A DNA stretch of 64,000 nt from Eledone cirrhosa (Eukaryota), in contig OZ024742.1 of assembly GCA_964016885.1 (NCBI GenBank), forward strand, positions 350,424,001-350,488,000, given 5' to 3'. A program made the translations under genes and the position numbers. The first letter of the stretch is position 1. Each line of letters opens with the position of its first letter. Under the pieces are notes generated by a model. The model was given only the letters and a program-made list of their open reading frames with translations, was not told the origin of the DNA and made no database searches. Below are positions 30,170 to 46,396 of this stretch, piece by piece.

Positions 30170-33100
30170 TTTAGATACAGACAGGGACACTGACAACCAC
30201 TCCTCCACTCATACACCAAATATAGACATTGTCACAAGTGTAGATACTGACAGGGTCACTGACATCCACTCCTCCACTCATACACCAAATATAGACATTG
30301 TCACAAGTGTAGATACTGACAGGGACACTGACATCCACTCCTCCACTCATACACCAAATATAGACATTGTCACAAGTGTAGATAGAGACAGGGAGAATGA
30401 CATCCACCCCTCCACTCATACACCAAATATAGACATTGTCACAAGTGTAGATAGAGACAGGGACACTGACATCCACTCCTCCACTCATACACCAAATATA
30501 GACAATGTCACAAGTGTAGATAGAGACAGGGACACTAACATCCACTCCTCCACTCATACACCAAATATAGACATTGTCACAAGTTTAGATAGAGACAGGT
30601 ACACTGACATCCACACCTCCACTCATACACCAAATATAGACAATATCACAAGTGTAGATAGTGACAGGGACACTAACATACACTCCTCCACTCATACTCC
30701 AAATATAGACATTGTCACAAGTGTAGATAGAGACAGGGACACTGACATCCACCCCTCCACTCATACACCAAATATAGACATTGTCACAAGTTTAGATACA
30801 GACAGGGACACTGACAACCACTCCTCCACTCATACACCAAATATAGACAATGCCACAAGTGTGGATAGAGACAGGGTCACTGACATCCACCCCTCCACCC
30901 ATACACCAAATATAGACATGGTCACAATTGTAGATAGTGACAGGGACACTGACAACCACTCCTCCACTCATACACCAAATATAGACAATGTCACAAGTGT
31001 AGATACTGACAGGGACACTGACATTCACCCCTCCACTCATACACCAAATATAGACATTGTCACAAGTGTAGATACTGCCAGGGACACTGACATCCACTCC
31101 TCCACTCATACACCAAATATAGACAATGTCACAAGTGTAGATAGTGACAGGGACACTGACATCCACCCCTCCACTCATACACCAAATATAGACATTGTCA
31201 CAAGTGTAGATACTGACAGAGACACTAACATCCACTCCTGCACTCATACACCAAATATAGACATCGTCACAAGTGTAGATACTGACAGGGACACTGACAT
31301 CCACACCTCCACTCATACACCAAATATAGACAATGTCACAAGTGTAGATAGAGAGAGGGACACTGACATCCACTCCTCCACTCATACACCAAATATAGAC
31401 ATTATCACAATTGTGGATAGAGATAAGGACACTGACATCCCCTCCTCCACTCATACACCAAATATAGACAATGTCACAAGTGTAGATAGAGACAGGGACA
31501 CTGATATCCACCCCTCCACTCATACACCAAATATAGACATTGTCACAAGTGTAGATAGAGACAGGAACACTGACATACACCCCTCCACTCACACACCAAA
31601 TATAGACATTGTCACAAGTGTAGATAGTGACAGGGACACTGACATCACTCCTCCACTCACACACCAAATATAGACAATGTCACGAGTGTAGATACAGACA
31701 GGGACACTGACATCCACTCGTCCACTCATCCACCAAATATAGACATTGTCACAAGTGTAGATATACATGGACACTGACATCCACACCTCCACTCATACAC
31801 CAAATATAGACAATGTCACAAGTGTAGATAGAGACAGGGACACTGACATCCACTCCTCCACTCATACACCAAATATAGACAATGTCACAAGTGTAGATAG
31901 ACAGGGACACTGACATCCCCCCCTCCACTCATACACCAAATATAGACATTGTCACAAGTGTAGATATACAGGGACACTGACATCCACTCCTCCACTCATC
32001 CACCAAATATAGACAATGTCACAAGTGTAGATAGACAGGGACACTGACATCCACACCTCCACTCATACACCAAATATAGACATTGTCAAAAGTGTACATA
32101 GAGATAGGGACACTGACATCCACTCCTCCACTCATCCACCAAATATAGACAATGTCACAAGTGTAGATAGACAGGGACACTGACATCCACACCTCCACTC
32201 ATACACCAAATATAGACATTGTCACAAATGTTAATATATACAGGGACACTGACATCCACCCCTCCACTCATACACCAAATATAGACAATGTCACAAGTGT
32301 AGATAGAGACAGGGACACTGACACCCATTCCTCCACTCATACACCAAATATAGACAATGTCACGAGTGTAGATAGTGACAGGGTAACTGACATCCACCCC
32401 TCCACTCATACACCAAATATAGACATTGTCACAAGTGTAGATAGAGACAGGGACACTGACATCCACTCCTCCACTCATACACCAAATATAGACATTGTCA
32501 CAAGTGTAGATAGAGACAGGGACACTGACATCCACTCCTCCACTCATACACCAAATATAGACATTGTCACAAGTGTAGATAGAGACAGGGACACTGACAT
32601 CCACCCCTCCTCTCATACACCAAATATAGACATTGTCACAAGAGTAAATAGAGACAGGGACACTGACATCCACCCCTCCACTCATACACCAAATATAGAC
32701 ATTGTCACAAGTTTAGATACAGACAGGGACACTGACAACCACTCCTCCACTCATACACCAAATATAGACATTGTCACAAGTGTAGATACTGACAGGGTCA
32801 CTGACATCCACTCCTCCACTCATACACCAAATATAGACATTGTCACAAGTGTAGATAGAGACAGGGACACTGACATCCACTCCTCCACTCATACACAAAA
32901 TATAGACATTGACACAAGTGTAGATAGAGACAGGGAGAATGACATCCACCCCTCCACTCATACACCAAATATAGACATTGTCACAAGTGTAGATAGAGAC
33001 AGGGACACTGACATCCACTCCTCCACTCATACACCAAATATAGACAATGTCACAAGTGTAGATAGAGACAGGGACACTAACATCCACTCCTCCACTCATA

Positions 33101-35100
33101 CACCAAATATAGACATTGTCACAAGTGTAGATAGAGACAGGTACACTGACATCCACACCTCCACTCATACACCAAATATAGACAATATCACAAGTGTAGA
33201 TAGTGACAGGGACACTAACATACACTCCTCCACTCATACTCCAAATATAGACATTGTCACAAGTGTAGATAGAGACAGGGACACTGACATCCACCCCTCC
33301 ACTCATACACCAAATATAGACATTGTCACAAGTTTAGATACAGACAGGGACACTGACAACCACTCCTCCACTCATACACCAAATATAGACAATGTCACAA
33401 GTGTAGATAGAGACAGGGTCACTGACATCCACCCCTCCACTCATACACCAAATATAGACGTGGTCACAATTGTAGATAGAGACAGGGACACTGACAACCA
33501 CTCCTCCACTCATACACCAAATATAGACAATGTCACAAGTGTAGATACTGACAGGGACACTGACATTCACCCCTCCACTCATACACCAAATATAGACATT
33601 GTCACAAGTGTAGATACTGCCAGGGACACTGACACCCACTCCTCCACTCATACACCAAATATAGACAATGTCACAAGTGTAGATAGTGACAGGGACACTG
33701 ACATCCACCCCTCCACTCATATACCAAATATAGACATTGTCAGAAGTGTAGATACTGACAGAGACACTAACATCCACTCCTGCACTCATACACCAAATAT
33801 AGACATCGTCACAAGTGTAGATACTGACAGGGACACTGACATCCACACCTCCACTCATACACCAAATATAGACAATGTCACAAGTGTAGATAGAGAGAGG
33901 GACACTGACATCCACTCCTCCACTCATACACCAAATATAGACATTGTCACAATTGTGGATAGAGATAGGGACACTGACATCCCCTCCTCCACTCATACAC
34001 CAAATATAGACATTGTCACAAGTGTAGCTAGAGACAGGGACACTGACATCCCCTCCTCCACTCATACACCAAATATAGACAATGTCACAAGTGTAGATAG
34101 AGAGAGGGACACTGACATCCACTCCTCCACTCATACACCAAATATAGACATTGTCACAATTGTGGATAGAGATAAGGACACTGACATCCCCTCCTCCACT
34201 CATACACCAAATATAGACATTGTCACAAGTGTAGATAGAGACAGGGACACTGACATCCACTCCTCCACTCATACAGCAAATATACACATTGTCACAAGTG
34301 TAGATAGAGACAGGAACACTGACATCACTCCTCCACTCACACACCAAATATAGACAATGTCACGAGTGTAGATACAGACAGGGACACTGACATCCACTCG
34401 TCCACTCATCCACCAAATATAGACAATGTCACAAGTGTAGATAGACAGGGACACTGACATCCACTCCTCCACTCATACACCAAATATAGACAATGTCACA
34501 AGTGTAGATAGACAGGGACAGTGACATCCACACCTCCACTCATACACCAAATATAGACAATGTCACAAGTGTAGATAGAGACAGGGACACTGACATCCAC
34601 TCCTCCACTCATACACCAAATATAGACATTGTCACAAGTGTAGATAGAGACAGGAACACTGACATCACTCCTCCACTCACACACCAAATATAGACAATGT
34701 CACAAGTGTAGATATACAGGGACACTGACATCCACTCCTCCACTCATACACCAAATATAGACATTGTCACAAGTGTAGATAGAGACAGGGACACTGACAT
34801 CCACTCCTCCACTCATCCACCAAATATAGACAATGTCACAGGTGTAGATAGACAGGGACACTGACATCCACTCCTCCACTCATACACCAAATATAGACAA
34901 TGTCACAAGTGTAGATAGACAGGGACACTGACATCCACACCTCCACTCATACACCAAATATAGACATTGTCAAAAGTGTACATAGAGATAGGGACACTGA
35001 CATCCACACCTCCACTCATACACCAAATATAGACATTGATACAAGTGTAGATAGAGACAGGAACACCGACATACACCCCTCCACTCATACACCAAATATA
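30170..35100. repeat. HOR domain 4 of the 69-bp satellite (about 2.54-kb diverged duplication)
   Basis: ORF boundaries 30171/32713 and 30792/33334 are both offset by 2542. The copies share rare variants such as TCCACTCGTCCACTCATCCACC and GATAAGGAC. Confidence 0.75.
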
Positions 35101-38100
35101 GACATTGTCACAAGTGTAGATAGAGACAGGGACACTGACATCCACCCCTCCAGTCATACACCAAATGTAGACATTGTCACAATTGTAGATAGAGTCAGAG
35201 ACACTGACATCCACCCCTCCACTGATACACCAAATATAGACATTGTCACAAGTGTAGATACAGACAGGGACACTGACATCCACCCCTCCACTCATACACC
35301 AAATATAGACATTGTCACAAGTGTAGATACAGACAGGGACACTGACACCCACTCCTCCACTCATACACCAAATATAGACATTGTCACAAGTGTAGATACA
35401 GACAGGGACACTGACATCCACCCCTCCACTCATACACCAAATATAGACATTGTCACAGGTGTAGATAGAGACAGGGACACTGACATCCACTCCTCCACTC
35501 ATACACCAAATATAGACATTGTCACAAGTGTAGATAGAGACAGGAACACTGACATACACCCCTCCACTCATACACCAAATATAGACAATGTCACAAGTGT
35601 AGATAGAGACAGGGACACTGACACCCACTCCTCCACTCATACACCAAATATAGACAATGTCACGAGTGTAGATAGTGACAGGGTAACTGACATCCACCCC
35701 TCCACTCATACACCAAATATAGACATTGTCACAAGTGTAGATAGAGACAGGGACACTGACATCCACCCCTCCTCTCATACACCAAATATAGACATTGTCA
35801 CAAGTGTAGAAAGACAAGGACACTGACATCCACCCCTCCACTCATACACCAAATATAGACATTGTCACAAGTTTAGATACAGACAGGGACACTGACAACC
35901 ACTCCTCCACTCATACACCAAATATAGACATTGTCACAAGTGTAGATAGAGACAGGGACACTGACATCCTTCCCTCCACTCATACACCAAATATAGACAT
36001 TGTCACAAGTGTAAATAGAGACAGGGACACTGACATCCACCCCTTCACTCATACACCAAATATAGATATTGTCGCAAGTGTAGATAGAGACAGGGACACT
36101 AACATCCACTCCTCCACTCATACACCAAATATAGACATTGTCACAAGTTTAGATACAGACAGGGACACTGACAACCACTCCTCCACTCATACACCAAATA
36201 TAGACATTGTCACAAGTGTAGATAGAGAGAGGGACACTGACATCCTTCCCTCCACTCATACACCAAATATAGACATTGTCACAAGTGTAAATAGAGACAG
36301 GGACACTGACATCCACCCCTCCACTCATACACCAAATATAGACATTGTCCCAAGTGTAGATAGAGACAGGGACACTGACATCCACCCCTCCACTCATACA
36401 CCAAATATAGACATTGTCGCAAGTGTAGATAGAGACAGGGACACTGACATCACTCCTCCACTCATACACCAAATATAGACATTGTCACAAGTTTAGATAC
36501 AGACAGGGACACTGACAACCACTCCTCCACTCATACACCAAATATAGACATTGTCACAAGTTCAGATACTGACAGGGACACTGACATCCACTCCTCCACT
36601 CATACACCAAATATAGACAATGTCACAAGTGTAGATAGAGACAGGGACACTAACATCCACTCATACACTCATACACCAAATATAGACATTGTCACAAGTG
36701 TAGATAGAGACAGGGACACTGACATCCACCCCTCCAGTCATACACCAAATATAGACATTGTCACAGGTGTGGATAGACAGGGACGCTGACATCCACTCCT
36801 CCACTCATACACCAAATATAGACAATGTCACAAGTGTAGATAGTGACAGGGACACTAACATCCACTCCTCCACTCATACACCAAATATAGATATTGTCAC
36901 AAGTGTAGATAGAGACAGGGACACTGACATCCACTACTCCACTCATACACCAAATATAGACAATGTCACAAGTGTAGATAGAGACTGGGACACTGACATC
37001 CACTCCTCCACTCATACACCAAATATAGACAATGTCACAAGTGTAGATAGAGACAGGGACACTGACATCCACTCCTCCACTCATACACCAAATATAGACA
37101 TTGTCACAAGTGTAGATAGAGACAGGGACACTGACATCCACTCCTCCACTCATACACCAAATATAGACATTGTCACAAGTGTAGATAGAGACAGGGACAC
37201 TGACATCCACCCCTCCACTCATACACCAAATATAGACATTGTCACAAGTGTTTATATATACAGGGACACTGACATCCTCTCCTCCACTCATACACCAAAT
37301 ATAGACAATGTCACAAGTGTAGATAGACAGGGACACTGACATCCACTCCTCCACTCATACACCAAATATAGACATTGTCACAAGTGCAGATAGAGACAGG
37401 GACACTGACATCCACTCCTCCACTCATACACCAAATATAGACATTGTCACAAGTGTAGATACAGACATGGACACTGACATCCACTCCTCCACTCATACAC
37501 CAAATATAGACATTGTCACAAGTGTAGTTATACAGGGACACTGACATCCACTCCTCCACTCATACACCAAATATACACATTGTCACAAGTGCAGATAGAG
37601 ACAGGGACACTGACATCCACTCCTCCACTCATACACCAAATATAGACATTGTCACAAGTGTAGATACAGACATGGACACTGACATCCACTCCTCCACTCA
37701 TACACCAAATATAGACATTGTCACAAGTGCAGATAGAGAGAGGGACACTGCCATCCACTCCTCCACTCATACACCAAATATAGACATTGTCACAAGTGCA
37801 GATAGAGAGAGGGACACTGCCATCCACTCCTCCACTCATACACCAAATATAGACATTGTCACAAGTGTAGATAGAGACAGGGACACTGCCATCCACTCCT
37901 CCACTCATACACCAAATATAGACATTGTCACAAGTGCAGATACAGACAGGGACACTGACATCCACTCCTCCACTCATACATCAAATATAGACATTTTCAC
38001 AAGTGTAGATACAGACAGGGACACTGACATCCACGCCTCCATTCATATACCAAACATAGACATTGTCACAAGTGTAGATAGAGACAGGGACACTGACATC

Positions 38101-41100
38101 CTTCCCTCCACTCATACACCAAATATAGACATTGTCACAAGTGTAGATAGAGACAGGTACACTGACACCCACTCCTCCACTCATACACCAAATATAGACA
38201 ATGTCACAAGTGTAGATACTGACAGGGTCACTGACATCCACTCCTCCACTCATACACCAAATATAGACATTGTCACAAGTGTAGATACAGACAGGGACAC
38301 TGACATCCACTCCTCCACTCATACACCAAATATAGACGTTGTCACAAGTGTAGATAGAGACAGGGACACTGACATCCACTCCTCCACTCATACACCAAAT
38401 ATAGACATTGTCACAAGTGTAGATAGAGACAGGGACACTGACATCCCCTCCTCCACTCATACACCAAATATAGACATTGTCACAAGTGTAGATAGAGACA
38501 GGGACACTGACATCCCCTCCTCCACTCATACACCAAATATAGACATTGTCACAAGTGTAGATATACAGGGACACTGACATCCACTCCTTCACTCATACAC
38601 CAAATATAGACAATGTCACAAGTGTAGATAGAGACAGGGACACTGACATCCACTCCTCCACTCATACATCAAATATAGACAATGTCACAAGTGTAGATAC
38701 AGACAGGGACACTGACATCCACGCCTCCATTCATATACCAAACATAGACAATGTCACAAGTGTAGATAGAGACAGGGACACTGACATCCACTCCTCCACT
38801 CATACACCAAATATAGACATTGATACAAGTGTAGATAGAGACAGGGACACTGACATCCACCCCTCCACTCATACACCAAATATAGACATTGTCACAAGTG
38901 TAGATAGAGACAGGGACACTGACATTCACTCCTCCACTCATACACCAAATATAGACATTGATACAAGTGTAGATAGAGACAGGGACACTGACATCCACCC
39001 CTCCACTCATACACCAAATATAGACAATGTCACAAGTGTTTATATATACAGGGACACAAACATCCACCCCTCCACCCATACACCAAATATAGACATTGTC
39101 ACAAGTGTAGATACAGACAGGGACACTGACATCCACTCCTCCACTCATACACCAAATATACACATTGTCACAATTGTAGATACAGACATGGGGACTGACA
39201 TCCACTCCTCCACTCATACACCAAATATAGACATTGTCACAAGTGCAGATAGTGAGAGGGACACTGCCATCCACTCCTCCACTCATACACCAAATATAGA
39301 CATTGTCACAAGTGCAGATAGAGAGAGGGACACTGCCATCCACTCCTCCACTCATACACCAAATATAGACATTGTCACAAAATTGTAGATAGAGACAGGG
39401 ACACTGCCATCCACTCCTCCACTCATACACCAAATATAGACATTGTCACAAGTGTAGATACAGACTGGGACACTGACATACACCCCTCCACTCATACACC
39501 AAATATAGACATTGTCACAAGTGTAGATAGAGACAGGGACACTGACATCCACTCCTCCACTCATACACCAAATATAGACATTGTCACAAGTGTAAATAGA
39601 GACAGGGACACTGACATCCACCCCTCCAGTCATACACCAAATATAGACTTTGTCACAAGTGTAGATAGAGACAGGGACACTGACATCCACTCCTCCACTC
39701 ATACACCAAATATAGACATTGTCACAAGTGTAGATAGAAACAGAGACACTGACATCCACTCCTCCACTCTTACATCAAATATAGACATTGTCACAAGTGT
39801 AGATACAGAGAGGGACACTTACATCCACCCCTCCACTCATACACCAAATATAGACATTGTCACAAGTGAAGATAGAGACAGGGACACTGACATCCACTCC
39901 TCCACTCATACACCAAATATAGATATTGTCACAAGTGTAGATAGAGACAGGGACACTGACATCCACCCCTCCACTCATACACCAAATATAGACATTGTTG
40001 CAAGTGTAGATAGAGACATGGACACTGACATCCACTCCTCCACTCATACACCAAATATAGATATTGTCACAAGTGTAGATAGAGACAGGGACACTGACAT
40101 CCACCCCTCCACTCATACACCAGATATAGACATTGTCGCAAGTGTAGATAGAGACAGGTACACTGACATCCACCCCTCCACTCATACATCAAATATAGAC
40201 ATTGTCACAAGTGTAGATACTGACAGGGACACTGACATCCACCCCTCCACTCATACACCAAATATAGACATTGTCGCAAATGTAGATAGAGACAGGTACA
40301 CTGACATCCACCCCTCCACTCATACACTAAATATAGATATTGTCACAAGTGTAGATAGAGACAGGGACACTGACATCCACCCCTCCACTCATACATCAAA
40401 TATAGACATTGTCACAAGTGTAGATACTGACAGGGACACTGACATCCACCCCTCCACTCATACACCAAATATAGACATTGTCGCAAATGTAGATAGAGAC
40501 AGGTACACTGACATCCACCCCTCCACTCATACACCAAATATAGATATTGTCACAAGTGTAGATAGAGACAGGGACACTGACATCCACTCCTCCACTCATA
40601 CACCAAATATAGACATTGTCACAAGTGTAGATAGAGACAGGGACACTGATATCCACTCCTCCACTCATACACCAAATATAGATATTGTCACAAGTGTAGA
40701 TAGAGACAGGGACACTGACACCCACCCCTCCACTCATACACCAAATATAGACATTGTCGCAAGTGTAGATAGAGACAGGGACACTGACATCCACTCCTCC
40801 TCTCATACACCAAATATAGACATTGTCACAAGTGCAGATAGAGACAGGGACACTGACATCCACCCCTCCACTCATACACCAAATATAGACATTGTCACAA
40901 GTGTAGATATACAGGGACACTGACATCCACTCCTCCACTCATACACCAAATATAGACATTGTCACAAGTGCAGATAGAGACAGGGACACTGACATCCACC
41001 CCTCCACTCATACACCAAATATAGACATTGTCACAAGTGTAGATACTGACAGGGTCACTGACATCCACCCCTCCACTCATACACCAAATATAGACATTGT

Positions 41101-44100
41101 CGCATGTGTAAATAGAGACAGGGACACTGACATCCACCCCTCCACTCATACACCAAATATCGACAATGTCACAAGTGTAGATAGAGACAGGGACACTGAC
41201 ATCCACACCTCCACTCATACACCAAATATAGACATTGTCACAAGTGTAGATAGAGACAGGGACACTGACATCCACCCCTCCACTCATACACCAAATATAG
41301 ACAATGTCACAAGTGTAGATAGAGACAGGGACACTGACATCCACCCCTCCACTCATACTCCAAATATAGACATTGTCACAAGTGTAGATAGAGACAGGGA
41401 CACTGACATCCACCCCTCCACTCATACTCCAAATATAGACATTGTCACAAGTGTAGATAGAGACAGAGACACTGACATCCACCCCTCCACTCATACACCA
41501 AATATAGACATTGTCACAAGTGTAGATAGTGACAGGGACACTGACATCCACCCCTCCACTCATACACCAAATATAGACATTGTCACAGGTGTGGATAGAC
41601 AGGGACACTGACATCCACCCCTCCACTGATACACCAAATATAGACATTGTCACAGGTGTGGATAGACAGAGACACTGACATCCACCCCTCCACTCATACA
41701 CCAAATATAGACATTGTCACAGGTGTGGATAGACAGGGACACTGACATCCACTCCTCCACTCATACACCAAATATAGACATTGTCACAGGTGTGGATAGA
41801 CAGGGACACTGACATCCACCCCTCCACTCATACACCAAATTTAGACATTGTCACAAGTGTAGATAGAGACTGGGACACTGACATCCACTCCTCCACTCAT
41901 ACACCAAATATAGACAATGTCACAAGTGTAGATAGAGACTGGGACACTGACATCCACTCCTCCACTCATACACCAAATATAGACAATGTCACAAGTGTAG
42001 ATAGTGACAGGGACACTAACATCCACTCCTCCACTCTTACACCAAATATAGATATTGTCACAAGTGCAGATAGAGACAGGGACACTGACATCCACTCCTC
42101 CACTCATACACCAAATATAGACATTGTCACAAGTGTACATAGTGACAGGGACACCGACATCCCCTCCTCCACTCATACACCAAATATAGACAATGTCACA
42201 AGTGTAGATAGAGACTGGGACACTGACATCCACCCCTCCACTCATACACCAAATATAGACATTGTCACAAGTGTAGATATAGACAGGGACACTGACATCC
42301 ACTCCTCCACTCATACACCAAATATAGACAATGTCACAAGTGTAGATAGAGACAGGGACACTGACATCCACTCCTCCACTCATACACCAAATATAGACAA
42401 TGTCACAAGTGTAGATATACAGGGACGCTGACATCCACTCCTCCACTCATACACCAAATATAGACAATGTCACAAGTGTAGATATACAGGGACACTGACA
42501 TCCACCACTCCACTCATACACCAAATATAGACATTGTCACAAGTGTAGATATACAGGGACACTGACATCCACTCCTCCACTCATACACCAAATATAGACA
42601 TTGTCACAAGTGTAGATAGAGACAGGGACACTGACATCCCCTCCTCCACTCATACACCAAATATAGACATTGTCACAAGTGTAGATAGAGACAGGGACAC
42701 TGACATCCACTCCTCCACTCATACACCAAATATAGACATTGTCACAAGTGTAGATATACAGGGACACTGACATCCACTCCTCCACTCATACACCAAATAT
42801 AGACATTGTCACAAGTGTAGATATACAGGGACACTGACATCCACTCCTCCACTCATACACCAAATATAGACATTGTCACAAGTGTAGATATACAGGGACA
42901 CTGACATCCACTCCTCCACTCATACACCAAATATAGACAATGTCACAAGTGTAGATAGACAGGGACACTGACATGCACTCCTCCACTCATACACCAAATA
43001 TAGACAATGTCACAAGTGTAGATACAGACAGGGACACTGACATCCACTCCTCCACTCATACACCAAATATAGACATTGTCACAAGTGTAGATACTGACAG
43101 GGTCACTGACATCCACTCCTCCACTCATACACCAAATATAGACAATGTCACAAGTGTAGATAGAGACAGGGACACTGACATCCACTCCTCCACTCATACA
43201 CCGAATATAGACATTGATACAAGTGTAGATAGAGACAGGGACACTGACATCCACTCCTCCACTCATACACCAAATATAGACATTGATACAAGTGTAGATA
43301 GAGACAGGGACACTGACATCCACCCCTCCACACATACACCAAATATAGACAATATCACAAGTGTTTATATATACAGGGACACAACCATCCACCCCTCCAC
43401 CCATACACCAAATATAGACATTGTCACAAGTCTAGATACAGACAGGGACACTGACATCCACTCCTCCACTCATACACCAAATATAGACATTGTCACAAGT
43501 GCAGATAGAGAGAGGGACACTGCCATCCACTCCTCCACTCATACATCAAATATAGACATTGTCACAAGTGTAGATACAGACAGGGAAACTGACATCGACT
43601 CCTCCACTCATACACCAAATATAGACATTGTCACAAGTGCAGATAGAGAGAGGGACACTGACATCCACCCCTCCACTCATACACCAAATATAGACATTGT
43701 CACAAGTGCAGATAGAGAGAGGGACACTGACATTCACTCCTCCACTCATACACCAAATATAGACATTGTCACAAGTGTAGATACAGACAGGGACACTGAC
43801 ATCCACTCCTCCACTCATACACCAAATATAGATATTGTCACAAGTGTAGATAGAGACAGGGACACTGACATCCACTCCTCCACTCATACACCAAATATAG
43901 ATATCGTCACAAGTGTAGATAGAGACAGGGACACTGACATCTACTCCTCCACTCATACACCAAATATAGACAATATCACAAGTGTAGATAGAGACAGGGA
44001 CACTGACATCCACTCCTCCACTCATACACCAAATATTGACAATGTCACAAGTGTAGATAGAGACAGGGACACTGACATCCACACCTCCACTCATACACCA

Positions 44101-44207
44101 AATATAGACAATGTCACAGGCGTAGATACTGACAGGGACACTGACATCCACTCCTCCACTCATACACCAAATATAGACAATGTCACAGGCGTAGATACTG
44201 ACAGGGA

Positions 44208-44383
44208 CAACAACTTCCCCAGTCTCATCCGAGGAACAACAACTTCCCCAGTCTCATCCGAGGATCAACAACTTCCCCAGTCTCATCCGAGGATCAAGAA
44301 CTTCCTCAGTTTCATCAGAGGATCAAGAACTTCCACAGTCTCATCCGAGGATCAACAACTTCCCCAGTCTCACCAGAGGATCA
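44208..44383. repeat. 29-bp minisatellite, 6 copies (CAACAACTTCCCCAGTCTCATCCGAGGAT)
   Basis: Six tandem units are read directly, abutting the last partial 69-bp monomer. Confidence 0.95.
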
Positions 44384-44560
44384 GCCATATGAATCAATAT
44401 AACTATGATAAATGGACAATGATATCTTCTGGACCTTATTTAGCCCCTCATTCATGTATCCTGATATTATTCAACGTTAAGGTATTTTAGTGAGATGCGA
44501 AAATAATTCATTTATGTAAATGTTGCCGTTTATTGTTCTTGAATTTCCAAATTACTTGAT

Positions 44561-44592
44561 ACATACACACACACACACACACAAACATACAC

Positions 44593-44631
<39 letters not shown>

Positions 44632-44672
44632 CAGACACACAGACAGACATGTGTGATCACGTGCCCTCCCCC

Positions 44673-44703
<31 letters not shown>

Positions 44704-44751
44704 CATATACACATAAATGCATAATACGTATTAACACATATACATATAAAT

Positions 44752-44789
<38 letters not shown>

Positions 44790-44791
44790 AC

Positions 44792-44852
<61 letters not shown>

Positions 44853-44870
44853 ACACTTATACACACATAT
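44561..44870. repeat. Compound (CA)n/(TA)n microsatellite
   Basis: Dinucleotide runs are directly visible. Confidence 0.95.
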
Positions 44871-45137
44871 GTGATCCTACATGAATCCACATTGAAGTAT
44901 AGAAAATAATTCGTTTTATCAAATACCGACGGCTATCTTAAGATTATGGTTACATAAAAGAAATATTTAATCTAAAATAAAGTGCACATATTTAACAACA
45001 CAAGTCTTATCTGGTCTTCTATTTACTGAAACACACATACAAAGAATCTTCTTGCAAAGAGTTCTAAATATCTTACAACCAAATAAATCACATCTAATAC
45101 ATAAGAAATATTAGCAGTTTTTTTTCCTTCGTCCCCT

Positions 45138-45226
45138 TCATCATCATCGTCGTCAGCATCATCATCGTCTTTATCAGCATCATCATCGTCATCATGATCA
45201 TCAGTAGCAACACGGTCATCATAATC
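45138..45226. repeat. Degenerate (CAT)n/(CGT)n trinucleotide repeat
   Basis: tcatcatcatcgtcgtcagcatcatcatcgtc... Confidence 0.8.
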
Positions 45227-45349
45227 ATGTTTATTATTGTTGATATTTTTGTATTCAAGCTACGCTGAAGTACTTCAGTGAAGCTCCTTAAGTTATCAAT
45301 TTGTTCATGTAAATTTTTCCGGCAAAATCTGTGTTGCCATATTTTTTAG

Positions 45350-46223
<874 letters not shown>

Positions 46224-46396
46224 AAGTGATTATCGTCGATGTGTTTTTATCCTCTTTACGTAGGCGATATATAAACTATTTTCTGTTGTGGCCGCCATGA
46301 CAGTCTGAGATTGGCAACAGCCTGCAGAAGGAATTTAGTTTCTGTGACGTTAAAGAACAAAGATTCCTTTTCTTTGAACATTTCGAGAAAAAAAAA

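Larger units (their letters stand above)
1..44207. repeat. 69-bp tandem satellite array, about 640 monomers, truncated by the window start; consensus TGTAGATAGAGACAGGGACACTGACATCCACCCCTCCACTCATACACCAAATATAGACATTGTCACAAG
   Basis: The monomer is read directly and recurs head-to-tail every 69 bp, with occasional 63/67/68/70-bp indel variants. It accounts for the 23-aa periodic ORFs on both strands. Confidence 0.99.

Noticed and set aside
44208-44383. 29-bp repeat as CRISPR direct repeats
   Set aside because: There are no spacers; it is a simple tandem minisatellite.
592-44490. Dozens of 60-620 aa ORFs on both strands as real genes
   Set aside because: All are translations of the 69-bp monomer, broken by recurrent frameshifts and (on the minus strand) stops. 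I see no unique domains, and the common variants are non-synonymous.
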